A stretch of DNA of 64,000 bases from positions 416,001-480,000 of the forward strand of contig CAWFJJ010000025.1 in NCBI GenBank assembly GCA_963816185.1, in the 5' to 3' direction. The stretch is from Thermoanaerobaculia bacterium (GTDB taxonomy: Bacteria; Acidobacteriota; Thermoanaerobaculia; UBA5066). The notes below the pieces were generated by a model. That model saw nothing but the letters and a program-made list of their open reading frames with translations, was not told where the DNA came from and did no database searches. Position 1 is the stretch's first letter. Each line of letters opens with the position of its first letter. Made by a program: the position numbers and the translations under genes. Of the stretch, positions 1 through 10,035 are shown in pieces.

Positions 1-992
1 CGGTCTACTCGGCGTTCGGTGAGGCGAACCGAGTCTTCGACACGAACGTCTTCCGGTACGCGTATCAGTCCTTCGTGACGCCGAATTCCGTTTTCGATTA
101 CGACATGGACGCGAGGACCTCGAAGCTCCTCAAGGAGCAGGAGGTCCCGGGCTACGACCGGACGCTCTACAAGTCGGAGCGACTTTGGGCGACGGCAGCC
201 GACGGCACGAAGATCCCGATCTCTCTCGTGTGGCGCGCGAAGACGGCCGACGGGAAGACCCGCACGCTGAAGGACGGGCCGTTTCCAACTTGGCTGAACG
301 GTTACGGCTCGTACGGGATCCCGATCCCCGTCACGTTCTCCTCGAACCGTCTCTCGCTCCTGGACCGGGGAGCGGTCGTCGCGATCGCGCACATCCGCGG
401 CGGAGGCGAGATGGGAAAGAAGTGGCACGACGACGGCAAGATGCTGAAGAAGAAGAACACGTTCACGGACTTCATCTCGGCCGCCGAGTCTCTCGTCGCG
501 GAGAAGATCACGGCGAAGGACCGCCTCGTCATCGAGGGCGGGAGCGCGGGCGGCCTCCTCATGGGCGCGGTCACGAACATGCGCCCCGACCTCTTCCACG
601 CCGTCGTGGCGAGGGTGCCGTTCGTGGACGTCCTCAACACGATGAGCGACCCGACGCTGCCGCTCACGGTGGGTGAGTTCGAGGAATGGGGGAACCCTGC
701 GAAGAAAGAGGAGTACGAGTACATCAAGGACTACAGCCCTTACGAGAACCTCAGGAAGGGCGCTTATCCGGCCATGCTCGTCATGACGTCGTTCAACGAC
801 AGCCAGGTCTTCTACCACGAGCCCGCGAAGTACGTGGCGCGACTGAGGACGCTGAAGACCGACGCGAACCCGCTGCTGTTGAAGACGAACATGGCGGCGG
901 GACACGGAGGTGCCTCGGGTCGTTACGACAACCTCCACGAGGTCGCGTTCGAGTGGGCTTTCGTCCTCGCGCAGATGGGAATCACGAAATAG
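1..992 (+). CDS. ptrB: Oligopeptidase B (S9A prolyl oligopeptidase family), 5'-truncated by window edge
   Basis: GYGSYG, HIRGGGEMG, catalytic GGSAGG, NDSQV and AGHGGASGRY motifs; frame is open back to position 3. Confidence 0.92.
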   Translation, partial: VYSAFGEANRVFDTNVFRYAYQSFVTPNSVFDYDMDARTSKLLKEQEVPGYDRTLYKSERLWATAADGTKIPISLVWRAKTADGKTRTLKDGPFPTWLNGYGSYGIPIPVTFSSNRLSLLDRGAVVAIAHIRGGGEMGKKWHDDGKMLKKKNTFTDFISAAESLVAEKITAKDRLVIEGGSAGGLLMGAVTNMRPDLFHAVVARVPFVDVLNTMSDPTLPLTVGEFEEWGNPAKKEEYEYIKDYSPYENLRKGAYPAMLVMTSFNDSQVFYHEPAKYVARLRTLKTDANPLLLKTNMAAGHGGASGRYDNLHEVAFEWAFVLAQMGITK

Positions 993-1007
993 AAGGCATC
1001 GAGGGAC

Positions 1008-2300
1008 GTGCAGCCTCGAGCAGGGGAAGGGAGGCCGGCGCATCTTCGCCGGGCGGTGGCGCTCGCCGCCGTGTTCCTCGCCGGCTGCGGAGCGCCGCCT
1101 CCGGCGCCTGTCCGCGTACCAGAGGCGCCGCTTGCAAGGCGGCCGCGGGCACCGGCGAAAGGCGCCGCATGTCGCGAGCTGCGAGGCGTGTGGGTCGCGA
1201 CGGTCGGGAATCTCGACTGGCCTTCGGCGCCGGGCCTTTCCGCGTCCCGGCAGAAGCAGGAGCTCGTCACCCTTCTCGACGTCCTGGCGGCGCTGAACGC
1301 GAACGCGGTGATCTTCCAGGTCCGGGCTGCCGCCGACGCGCTCTATCCGTCCGCGCTCGAGCCGTGGTCCGAGGTGCTGAGCGGCACGCAGGGCGTCCCG
1401 CCCGAGCCTCTCTGGGATCCGCTCGCTTTCGCGATCGAGAGTGCGCATGCGCGCGGGCTGGAGCTTCACGCGTGGTTCAACCCGTATCGCGCGCGCTCCG
1501 CGACTTCGATCTCGCCCGCGGCGGCGGATCACATCTCGCGACGGCGGCCCGACCTCGTGAAGGCTTACGGGAAGCAGCTCTGGATGGACCCGGGCGAGGA
1601 GGACGTCGCGGCTCGCTCGCTCGCGGTGATCCTCGACGTCGTCAGGCGTTACGACGTGGACGGCATCCACCTCGACGACTACTTCTACCCGTATCCCGAG
1701 AAGGACGCGGCCGGAAACGTCGTGGAGTTCCCGGATGAGCCGAGCTTCACGAGGTATGTCGCCTCGGGCGGCGCCCTCGGGCGTGAGGACTGGCGCCGCT
1801 GGAACGTGAACAGGTTCGTGAAGCGCCTCCACGACGAGGTGAAGGCCGTGAAGCAGAACGTGCGCGTGGGCATCAGCCCCTTTGGCATCTGGCGGCCGGG
1901 GCGCCCGGCCCAGGTGAAGGGTTTCGACGCGTACGAGGAGATCTCGGCCGACGCGCGGACGTGGCTCCAGCGCGGCTGGGTGGACTACCTCGCCCCGCAG
2001 CTCTACTGGCCCATCGACCAGAGGGAGCAGAGCTTTCCCGCGCTCCTCGCGTGGTGGGCCGGGCAGAACACGGCGGGAAGGTTCCTCTGGCCGGGCCTGG
2101 CGGCGAGCCGCGTAGGCGAGAACGGGAAGGGCTGGCCGGCGGGGGAGATCGCCGAGCAGATCCGCCGCGCCCGGGCGCAGCCCGGCGTCACGGGGCATAT
2201 TCTCTTTTCCGCTCGCGCGCTCCTCGAGAACCGGGCGGGAATCGCGACGGAGCTGAAAAAGGACGTCTGGGCCGAGCCCGCGGAGCTGCCCGAGAGATGA
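1008..2300 (+). CDS. Glycoside hydrolase family 10-like lipoprotein (YddW/DigH-like)
   Basis: Lipobox FLAGC; ELRGVWVATV.NLDWPS, ELHAWFNPYR, DGIHLDDYFYPYP, DYLAPQLYW motifs. Confidence 0.88.
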   Translation: MQPRAGEGRPAHLRRAVALAAVFLAGCGAPPPAPVRVPEAPLARRPRAPAKGAACRELRGVWVATVGNLDWPSAPGLSASRQKQELVTLLDVLAALNANAVIFQVRAAADALYPSALEPWSEVLSGTQGVPPEPLWDPLAFAIESAHARGLELHAWFNPYRARSATSISPAAADHISRRRPDLVKAYGKQLWMDPGEEDVAARSLAVILDVVRRYDVDGIHLDDYFYPYPEKDAAGNVVEFPDEPSFTRYVASGGALGREDWRRWNVNRFVKRLHDEVKAVKQNVRVGISPFGIWRPGRPAQVKGFDAYEEISADARTWLQRGWVDYLAPQLYWPIDQREQSFPALLAWWAGQNTAGRFLWPGLAASRVGENGKGWPAGEIAEQIRRARAQPGVTGHILFSARALLENRAGIATELKKDVWAEPAELPER

Positions 2301-2301
2301 G

Positions 2302-3573
2302 CTATTTCGGCGCGGCTTCCGTCAGGACGCGCGCGCCGGCTTCCGTCACGAGGACGTCGTCCTCGATGCGGATGCCGAGCCCGCGGTACTCTTTCGGAAC
2401 GCCCTTCTCGTCGGCGCGCACGTAAAGGCCGGGCTCCACCGTGAGCACCATTCCGGGCTCGAGCTTCCGCGCGGCGCCCGCCTCGTCGCGATAGCGGCCC
2501 CGGTCGTGGACGTCGAGGCCGAGCCAGTGCGACGTGTGGTGCAGCGCAAAGCGCTGGGCGGCGTTCTTCTTCTTCAATGCCGGGCGCCGGCCACGCAGGA
2601 TCCCGGCGTCGAGAAGAGCGTCGAGGAGGACCTCGCGGGCCGCCTCGTGCGGCGCGTCCCAGGCCGCGCCGGGTCTGACGGCCGCGATCGCGGCGCGCTG
2701 GGCCGCCAGGACCGCGTCGTAGAGCCGGCGCTGCGGCCGCGTGAAACGACCCGAAGCCGGAAACGTGCGCGTCACGTCGGACGCGTATCCCTCCAGCTCG
2801 CAGCCAGCGTCCACGAGGACGAGGTCGCCCGCACCGATGCGCCGCCGGTTCTCCGTGTAATGGAGAATCGTCGCGTTCTCTCCCGAGGCGACGATCGTGG
2901 GATAGGCGGGCCCGCTGGCGCCCATCGCCCGGAAGCGCGAGTCGATCGCAGCTTCGAGCTGGTATTCGAAGAGACCGGGCTTCGCGCGGCGACGCGCTTC
3001 GCGGTGCGCGGCCGCTGCGATGGCCGCGGAGCGGTCCATGAGCGCAATCTCTTCCGGCGCCTTCACGAGGCGCATCGCGTGGAGAAGATCCGTCGGATCC
3101 ATCACGGTCGCCGGCCCGCGCTTCGGGTTCCGGGCCTCGCGGCGGAATCGTGCGAGAAGGGACGCGATGATCCGGTCGCCGTCGGCATGGGCGCCGAAGG
3201 CGTAGTGGAGAACACGCGCGCGCCGGATGAGATCGGGGAGTCGTCTCGAAAGCTCCGCGCACGGGTACGCGCGATCCGCGCCGTGATCGCGCACGGCGCC
3301 CTCGGGACCACTGCGGCGGCCTTCCCACGTCTCCCTCGCTCGGTCCTTCGGCCTGAGGAACAGCGTGAACGTCTTGCGGTCCGCGTCGAGGACCGCCGCG
3401 GCTTCGGGCTCGGGGAATCCCGTCAGATAAAAGAGGTCCGGATCCGGGCGATAGCGATAGTGGACATCGTGGCCGTACGCGGCCTCGGGCGTCGCGAAGA
3501 GGACCGCGACCCCCTCCTTCATCCCGTCGAAAAAGCGAGTCCGACGCCGCGCGAAGACCGAAGAACGGCTCAT
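2302..3573 (-). CDS. pepP: Xaa-Pro aminopeptidase (M24B)
   Basis: FYLTGFPEPE N-domain; DAGCE..GYASDVTRT, HWLGLDVHD, TVEPGLY, GIRIEDD metal-binding motifs. Confidence 0.93.
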   Translation of the reverse strand: MSRSSVFARRRTRFFDGMKEGVAVLFATPEAAYGHDVHYRYRPDPDLFYLTGFPEPEAAAVLDADRKTFTLFLRPKDRARETWEGRRSGPEGAVRDHGADRAYPCAELSRRLPDLIRRARVLHYAFGAHADGDRIIASLLARFRREARNPKRGPATVMDPTDLLHAMRLVKAPEEIALMDRSAAIAAAAHREARRRAKPGLFEYQLEAAIDSRFRAMGASGPAYPTIVASGENATILHYTENRRRIGAGDLVLVDAGCELEGYASDVTRTFPASGRFTRPQRRLYDAVLAAQRAAIAAVRPGAAWDAPHEAAREVLLDALLDAGILRGRRPALKKKNAAQRFALHHTSHWLGLDVHDRGRYRDEAGAARKLEPGMVLTVEPGLYVRADEKGVPKEYRGLGIRIEDDVLVTEAGARVLTEAAPK

Positions 3574-3626
3574 GGCGGGAGTCTAACCGTGAGGAGCCCA
3601 GCGGCGGTTCATGCGACGATGGCGGC

Positions 3627-4556
3627 ATGAAGACCGGTCCTGCCGCGGACGCCGAGGGAAGCCTCCGCATCGTCCGCCGCCTCCAGACGATCTATCCCGA
3701 AGAGTCCGCGACGCGCCTGAAGCGCGCGGTGCTCGAGGGCCAGGTCACGGTCGACGGGGCGGTCGTGAACGACCCCGGAGCGATCGTCTCGCGGGATGTG
3801 GCGCTCCGGTGGGATCGCAATCTCCGAAAGGAGCGGCGCGTCGCGACGTCGCTCACGGTTCTTTACGAGGATGACGACGCGATCGCGGTCTTCAAGCCGT
3901 CCGGCCTCCTCACTCACCCGACCGAGGCGAAGGAGCTCGACACGCTGCTCGGCCGCGTCTCTCAGTACGTGCAGAGGCGCCACGGGGGAAAGGAGCGAAC
4001 GTTCGTGTCCGTCGTGCACCGGCTCGACAAGGAGACGTCCGGCATTCTCGTGTTCGCCCGGAGCCGGCGCGGTCTCATCGGGCTCCAGGCGCAGCTCCGC
4101 GCGCACACGATGGACCGGCGCTACCGCGCCCTCGTCGAAGGAGACCTCACGGGTGACGCGGGAACGTTCGATCGCGACCTCGTCGAGGATCGCGGAGACC
4201 GCCGCCGCGGCGTCGCGAAGCCGGGCGAGGCGGGTATTCGTGCCGTGACGGAATGGACCGTGCTGGAGCGATTCGGCCTCGCAACTCTCGTCGAGGCGCG
4301 CCTCAAGACGGGGCGCACGCACCAGATCCGCGTTCACTTCGCGAGCGCGGGTCATCCGCTCGTGGGAGACCCGGTCTATCGCGATCCGAAAAAGCCGCCA
4401 TTTCCCGTGTCCTTCCCGCGCCAGGCGCTCCACGCGGGGCACCTCGGCTGGACGACGGCGGAAGGGAAGAAGGTCTCGCTCGACGCGGACCCTCCGGCGG
4501 ACTTTCTCAAGCTGCTGGAGGAGTTGAGGAAGAGAAAGAAAAAGAAGAGTAATTAG
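3627..4556 (+). CDS. RluA/RluD-family RNA pseudouridine synthase
   Basis: S4-like N-terminus; KPSGL, VHRLDKETSG, TGRTHQIRVH, GDPVY, RQALHA motifs. Confidence 0.92.
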   Translation: MKTGPAADAEGSLRIVRRLQTIYPEESATRLKRAVLEGQVTVDGAVVNDPGAIVSRDVALRWDRNLRKERRVATSLTVLYEDDDAIAVFKPSGLLTHPTEAKELDTLLGRVSQYVQRRHGGKERTFVSVVHRLDKETSGILVFARSRRGLIGLQAQLRAHTMDRRYRALVEGDLTGDAGTFDRDLVEDRGDRRRGVAKPGEAGIRAVTEWTVLERFGLATLVEARLKTGRTHQIRVHFASAGHPLVGDPVYRDPKKPPFPVSFPRQALHAGHLGWTTAEGKKVSLDADPPADFLKLLEELRKRKKKKSN

Positions 4557-4760
4557 TTTCTGCTATCGATGGCCGCATTCGCGGCCATCGGAAGAAGAAC
4601 GTATTGCCGGGCGCCAGACTGTCAAGGACGCGCTGCGCGCGCCGCGAAGCGGTCGAAGATCCTTGACAGCGTGCGCCCGGCCCCAGATTCATTCCCCGGC
4701 GGCGGCGAAATGCCGCCGCCGATAGCAGAAAACTCTCTCTTCTCTTTTCTTTATTCTTTC
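4521..4760. repeat. Large imperfect inverted-repeat element made of two back-to-back paralogous units (candidate divergent sRNA pair or palindromic repeat)
   Basis: TTTCTGCTATCG 4557-4568 vs CGATAGCAGAAA 4720-4731; CTGTCAAGGA vs TCCTTGACAG; 10-bp hairpins at 4567-4590 and 4697-4721; purine tract on the left, pyrimidine tract on the right. Confidence 0.8.
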
Positions 4761-5422
4761 TACTCGAGCACGACGATCACGACGCGGCGGTTCTGGGAGC
4801 GGCCCTTCGCGGTCTTGTTGGTCGCGACGGGCTCCGTGTCTCCGTACGAGATCGTGGAGATGCGGCCGAGAGGGAGCTTGTGCTGGCGTGCGAGGTACCG
4901 GCGGACCGCCTCGGCGCGCTGCTGGCCGAGCTGGTCGTTGTAGTCCGTGCCGCCCGTATCGTCTGTGTGCCCCTGGATCTCGAGGTAGACGCCTTTGTCC
5001 AGACCCTTGATCTTGGTTGCGAACTCGTCCAGCGCCGACTTGGCGTCCTTCGTGAGATCGAACGAGTTGATCTTGAAGTGCACGCGGTCTTCCGAGAAGG
5101 ATTGCTGGAAGACGATCTTGCCTTTCGCGAGGACGCCCGCCTCCTGCGCGCGCTGCAGCGCCTCCTTGGCGGACTGGCTGATCTGCTCGATCTGCTTGCC
5201 CTGGTCGGCGACAGTGCCCTCGGTCGTCTTCTGCTTCTCCTGTATGTCCTCGAACTGCGTCTCGACCGACTCGATCTTCTTGTCGGTCTTCGCCTGTGAC
5301 TCGGCGATCTTCTTGTCGACGTCCGACGTCGTCGCGCAGCCGGCGAGAGCGAGCCCGACGGCCGCGAGGAGAAGGGGAACGGGAACCGGATTGCGTTTCG
5401 TCATGAAAATCCTCCTGTGCAT
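4760..5422 (-). CDS. OmpA-family lipoprotein with coiled-coil N-region
   Basis: Lipobox LAGC; IQGHTDDTG..YNDQLGQQRAEAV, SYGDTEPVATN.T..GRSQNRRV. Confidence 0.92.
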   Translation of the reverse strand: MHRRIFMTKRNPVPVPLLLAAVGLALAGCATTSDVDKKIAESQAKTDKKIESVETQFEDIQEKQKTTEGTVADQGKQIEQISQSAKEALQRAQEAGVLAKGKIVFQQSFSEDRVHFKINSFDLTKDAKSALDEFATKIKGLDKGVYLEIQGHTDDTGGTDYNDQLGQQRAEAVRRYLARQHKLPLGRISTISYGDTEPVATNKTAKGRSQNRRVVIVVLE

Positions 5423-5427
5423 GGTGA

Positions 5428-6405
5428 TTAGCCCTTGGCGGGCGGAGATGGTCCCCGGTATCCCGCGCGGACGCGGATCGCCCGGAGCGGACCGGAGAGC
5501 CGGAGTGAAATGCGGTGAAAACGGGACGGCCCCGTGCTCCCGGCCGAGAACCCGACGAGGTATTGGGCGCGGAGATCCTTTTGGATGAGCCGGACGGCGT
5601 CGGGGAGACGCGACGGATCGTCCACGATGGAAAGGCGGCCCCCCGTGATACGCGCGATGTGCCCCAGGATCTCGAGATTCAGGAGCCCCTCGGCGGTTTG
5701 CCCCGGCGGCGGAGAAACGGGGCTGCCCGGCGCACGCAGGCCGATCGGGTACACGGGCACGTCGACTCCTTCGAGAAGCGCGGCAAGCTCGTCGCGGGTC
5801 AGAGCAGACGCGTTGTCGATGCCGTCCGTGAGAAGGATGATCGCGCGGGAGCCGTTCTTCCCGAGAAGCGACTTGTCGGGCATCTTCGCGAGCGCGTCGA
5901 AGAACGCGGTCTTCCCGAAGGGCTTCACTTCGTCCACGGCGGCGACGAGGCGCGTCGTGTCCTCCGTGAACGGAACGGTCTCTCGGACGGCGCCCTCGGA
6001 AAAGACGAAGAGCGAGAAGTCGTCGCCGCGGACCTTCTGGTTGACGAGGGCGCGCACGGCGGCGCGGGCGCCCGCGAATTTTCCCGCGAGCCCCATCGAG
6101 CCCGAGCCGTCCAGGAGAATCGTGAACGAGACCGGCGCGTCGTCGTTGTGCGCGAAGAGGTCGGTCTTCACAGGCACGCCGTCCACGAGGAGCGTGACGT
6201 CCCGCGCGCGCAAATCCCGTACGGGCAGACCCCGGAGGTTCGTCACGGTGAACGGCACGAGGACGTATCCGACTTCGACCGAAGTCGTCGCCTTGACGGG
6301 TGCTCCGGGACGAGACTCGGTTCCCTCGGCCCTCGTCAGGGCCGCGGCGAAGAGCACGGGGGCGAGGGCAAGCCGTTGCAGGCGTGTCATTTCGTCGTGA
6401 GGCAC
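5428..6405 (-). CDS. Secreted VWA-domain protein (Acidobacterial VWFA-related type)
   Basis: Signal peptide; MIDAS-like LDGSGSM, TAFFDAL, ILLTDGIDN; QYLVGF and RVRAGY C-terminus. Confidence 0.85.
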   Translation of the reverse strand: MPHDEMTRLQRLALAPVLFAAALTRAEGTESRPGAPVKATTSVEVGYVLVPFTVTNLRGLPVRDLRARDVTLLVDGVPVKTDLFAHNDDAPVSFTILLDGSGSMGLAGKFAGARAAVRALVNQKVRGDDFSLFVFSEGAVRETVPFTEDTTRLVAAVDEVKPFGKTAFFDALAKMPDKSLLGKNGSRAIILLTDGIDNASALTRDELAALLEGVDVPVYPIGLRAPGSPVSPPPGQTAEGLLNLEILGHIARITGGRLSIVDDPSRLPDAVRLIQKDLRAQYLVGFSAGSTGPSRFHRISLRLSGPLRAIRVRAGYRGPSPPAKG

Positions 6406-6510
6406 GAACTCAACCAGGGAGTGTCGGCCTCTTTCGGCGAAATCACAGCAAACGTGCCGCCAGTCACAGTCTAAAATCTACAAGACTGTGATCTACATCA
6501 CAGAAAGGCG

Positions 6511-6924
6511 TCAGATCAACTCGGCCTGCGCGAAAAAGAACGTGATCTCACGCGCAGCGTCTGCGGCATTCGCGGAGCCATGGGCCGCATTGCGCTCGAT
6601 GGACTTGCCGAATTCCTTTCGAATCGTGCCGGCGTCGGCCTTCGCAGGATCCGTCGCGCCCATGACGGAGCGCCAGTGCGCGACGCCGTTCTCGCGCTCG
6701 AGGACGGCGACGTAAACCGGACCGGAGATCATGTACGCGACGAGGGAGGCGAAGAAACCCTTGCCGCGGTGCTCGCCGTAGAAGGACTCGGCTTCCGTCT
6801 TCGAGATGCGATGCCGCTTGAACGCGACGACGCGAAAACCCTCGGCCTCGATGCGCGTGAGGATCTTCCCCGCGTTTTTCGACTCGACGGCATCCGGCTT
6901 GATGATGGCGAACGTCTTTTCCAT
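6511..6924 (-). CDS. ndk: Nucleoside-diphosphate kinase
   Basis: MEKTFAIIKPDA start, MGATDP, GTIR, NAAHGS active-site His. Confidence 0.96.
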   Translation of the reverse strand: MEKTFAIIKPDAVESKNAGKILTRIEAEGFRVVAFKRHRISKTEAESFYGEHRGKGFFASLVAYMISGPVYVAVLERENGVAHWRSVMGATDPAKADAGTIRKEFGKSIERNAAHGSANAADAAREITFFFAQAELI

Positions 6925-7016
6925 GCGGCCGCGGAGTATACGCGGCCCGCGGCGCGTTGCCGCCGCACGCACCCGAGGCAGATCGGGGTGTAACCAGAGC
7001 GACGCCAGGGTCGCGC

Positions 7017-7892
7017 TTACGGGCAGGTCGAGACAGGCTGGTGAAGAATCGCGGATGCGGGTGCGATGTAGACCGCGCGATCGGCCGCGGGTACGTTAGA
7101 GAGAGCGGCAAGCCAAGCAGAGTCGAACTGACTCGGATGGCGTTCCATGTCGGCCTCGACGGCGTTCCAGGCCGGGCCTTCGGTCGCCGCGAGCGGCTCG
7201 TTCGCATCGAAACGAATCGCATTCGACGCCGCAGAACGAAAATGAAGCGCGAGCGGTTGCGTGTCGACCTCGAGCCGCGTCTCGAGAAGATAAACAGCCG
7301 GTGGCGCGCTCAGCAGCTCTACCGCTTCGAGGACGACGGCCGCGACGGCGCGATGGTCCGGATGGCAGGTCGTCCCGTGGCGGGGGTCGAAGGTGAGGAC
7401 GAGTTCGGGCGCCTCCGCCTGGATGAACCCCGCGATCATTCCGACGAGCCCCGAGGATCCGCCCGCATCGATGTCCCACGGCGGCCTTACCGTTCCGCCG
7501 CCGTCCGGCAAAGAAAGGAGGATCGCGTTCGCGCCGAAATACTGCGACGCGGCGCCGGCCTCCGCGCTTCGGACGGAAGCGAGGTCGGGGAGGCAGCCGT
7601 CCGGGCGGAGGCACGGGCCAGCCTCCCCGCGCGTTGCGATCAGGAGGGAGCAGCGCGCGCGCCCGTCGCCGCACCAGCGCGCGAGGAGAGGAGCCACGAG
7701 AGCCTCGTCGTCGGGATGGGCCGCGATCCACATCATCGATGCGGGAGCCGGAAGCCGCCAGGGACCCCTCACCGGAGAGACGGGCTGCGGCGCCGAGACA
7801 GGAAGCGGGACGTGACCTTGTGCGAGGACGGGGAGCGCGAGCGATGCGATCGCGGCCACCACCAGGGCGGAGACCCGGCGCGAAGCGCTCAT
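7017..7892 (-). CDS. PIG-L/LmbE-family deacetylase with signal peptide
   Basis: AAHPDDE, TRGEAG, HPDH, HPSQF motifs. Confidence 0.85.
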   Translation of the reverse strand: MSASRRVSALVVAAIASLALPVLAQGHVPLPVSAPQPVSPVRGPWRLPAPASMMWIAAHPDDEALVAPLLARWCGDGRARCSLLIATRGEAGPCLRPDGCLPDLASVRSAEAGAASQYFGANAILLSLPDGGGTVRPPWDIDAGGSSGLVGMIAGFIQAEAPELVLTFDPRHGTTCHPDHRAVAAVVLEAVELLSAPPAVYLLETRLEVDTQPLALHFRSAASNAIRFDANEPLAATEGPAWNAVEADMERHPSQFDSAWLAALSNVPAADRAVYIAPASAILHQPVSTCP

Positions 7893-7952
7893 CTTCCTTT
7901 CGGAGTGCCGTCCGGATCCCTCAACCCACGAGGGAGTTCGGGACGCTCGTCC

Positions 7953-8828
7953 CTAGCGTTCGAGCACCTTCTTCAGCATCTCGCCCATGAGCGCCGGCGA
8001 GTCCACGACGTGGACGCCGGCGGCCTGGAGCGCCTTCACCTTCTCGGGGGCCGTGCCTTTTCCGCCTGAGATGATCGCGCCCGCATGGCCCATGCGGCGG
8101 CCCGGAGGCGCCGTGCGCCCCGCGATGAACGAAACGACGGGTTTCTTGAGGTTGCCGGCGATCCAGCAGGCGGCCTCCTCCTCGGCGCTGCCGCCGATCT
8201 CCCCGATGAGGATGACGGACTCGGTTTCCGGGTCGTCTCGGAAGAGCGTGAGCGCGTCGATGAAGTTCGTGCCGTTGATCGGGTCGCCCCCGATTCCGAT
8301 GCACGTGGACTGGCCCATGCCGAGACTGGTGGTCTGGCCGACGGCCTCGTAGGTCAGCGTTCCAGAGCGGGAGACGACGCCGACCGAGCCCGCGCGGTGG
8401 ATGCGGGCCGGCATGATGCCGATCTTGACCTTTGCCGAGGGCCGGATGACGCCAGGACAGTTCGGCCCGACGAGGCGGCTCGTGCCCTTGGCGAGAAAGG
8501 CCTTCGCGCGGATCATGTCGTTCACCGGGACGCCCTCGGTGATCGCGACGATGAGGGGTATGCCGGCGTCCGAGGCCTCCATGATCGCGTCGGCCGCGGC
8601 CGGCGGGGGCACGAAGACCATGGACGCGTTCGCGCCCGTGGCCTTCACCGCGGCGAGCACCGAGTCGAAGACGGGAATGCCCTCGACCGTCGTCCCGCCC
8701 TTTCCGGGGGTGACGCCCGCGACGATCTGCGTGCCGTAGTCGCGGCTCGCGAGCGCGTGGAACTTGCCTTCACGGCCCGTGAGGCCCTGTACGAGGAGGC
8801 GCGTGTCTTTCGAGATCCAGCTTGCCAT
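7953..8828 (-). CDS. sucD: Succinyl-CoA synthetase alpha subunit
   Basis: [31 protein letters not shown] phospho-His motif. Confidence 0.97.
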   Translation of the reverse strand: MASWISKDTRLLVQGLTGREGKFHALASRDYGTQIVAGVTPGKGGTTVEGIPVFDSVLAAVKATGANASMVFVPPPAAADAIMEASDAGIPLIVAITEGVPVNDMIRAKAFLAKGTSRLVGPNCPGVIRPSAKVKIGIMPARIHRAGSVGVVSRSGTLTYEAVGQTTSLGMGQSTCIGIGGDPINGTNFIDALTLFRDDPETESVILIGEIGGSAEEEAACWIAGNLKKPVVSFIAGRTAPPGRRMGHAGAIISGGKGTAPEKVKALQAAGVHVVDSPALMGEMLKKVLER

Positions 8829-8829
8829 C

Positions 8830-9996
8830 TCAGGCGACCTTTCCGAGCGACGCGATGACCTTCTCGGCCCCGTCCTTCATGTCGTTGGCGGCGATGACCT
8901 TGAGGCCCGACCTCCCGAGAATCGCCTTGCCCTCCTCGACGTTCGTACCTTCGAGGCGTACGACCACCGGAATCTTGATTCCGATCTCCTGGATGGCGTT
9001 CACGACGCCCGTGGCGATGATGTCGCAGCGCATGATCCCGCCGAAGATGTTGATGAGGACGGCTTTCACGTTCGCGTCGGACAGGATGATCCGCATCGCG
9101 TTCTTGACCTGCTCCTCGTTCGCGCCGCCGCCCACGTCGAGGAAGTTCGCAGGACGGCCGCCCGCGTACTGGATGATGTCCATCGTGGCCATCGCGAGGC
9201 CGGCGCCGTTCACCATGCAGCCCACGTTCCCGTCGAGCTTGATGTAGTTGAGGCCGTACTTCGACGCCTCGACCTCGAGCTTGTCCTCCTCGTCGAGATC
9301 GCGGTACTCCTTGATGTTCGCGTGCCGGAAGAGGGCGTTGTCGTCGAAGTTCATCTTCGCGTCGAGCGCGATGACGTCGCCTTTTCCCGTGACGAGAAGC
9401 GGGTTGATCTCGGCGAGCGAGGCGTCCGTCGCGACGTACGCCTTCGCGAGCGCGATGAAGAAGCCCACGGACCTCTTGTGCGTCTCGCCCGTGAGTGAGA
9501 GAGCGTCCGCGAGCTTGCGCGCCTGATACGGCTGGAGGCCCCAGGCCGGGTCGAACGGCTCCTTGACGATCGCGGCCGGATCCTTCGCGGCGACGACCTC
9601 GATCTCCATACCGCCTTGTTTACTCACCATCATGACGGGCTGGCCGATCGCCCGATCGAGCGTGATGCCGAGATAGAGCTCACGGGCGATGTCGAGCGCC
9701 TCCTCGACGAGGACCTTCTTGACCCTCTGGCCCTGCGGTCCCGTCTGGTGCGTGACAAGCTGCATGCCGAGGATCTTCTTGGCGAGCTCGACGGCTTCGT
9801 CGGGGCTCTTCGCCAGTTTGACGCCGCCGCCTTTGCCGCGACCGCCGGCGTGGATCTGCGCCTTCACGACCGCGCGCCCGCCGAATTCTTTCGCGATGCG
9901 GCCCGCCTCCTCGGGCGAGTCCGTGACCTGGCCGCGCGGCGTGGCGACGCCGAACGCGCGGAGGATCTCCTTGGCCTGGTATTCGTGTATTTTCAT
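8830..9996 (-). CDS. sucC: Succinyl-CoA synthetase beta subunit
   Basis: MKIHEYQAK start, [37 protein letters not shown]; adjacent to sucD. Confidence 0.97.
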   Translation of the reverse strand: MKIHEYQAKEILRAFGVATPRGQVTDSPEEAGRIAKEFGGRAVVKAQIHAGGRGKGGGVKLAKSPDEAVELAKKILGMQLVTHQTGPQGQRVKKVLVEEALDIARELYLGITLDRAIGQPVMMVSKQGGMEIEVVAAKDPAAIVKEPFDPAWGLQPYQARKLADALSLTGETHKRSVGFFIALAKAYVATDASLAEINPLLVTGKGDVIALDAKMNFDDNALFRHANIKEYRDLDEEDKLEVEASKYGLNYIKLDGNVGCMVNGAGLAMATMDIIQYAGGRPANFLDVGGGANEEQVKNAMRIILSDANVKAVLINIFGGIMRCDIIATGVVNAIQEIGIKIPVVVRLEGTNVEEGKAILGRSGLKVIAANDMKDGAEKVIASLGKVA

Positions 9997-10035
9997 GGGA
10001 CCAAGAAGGGTATCAGAAGGAAAACAGCACGCTCC

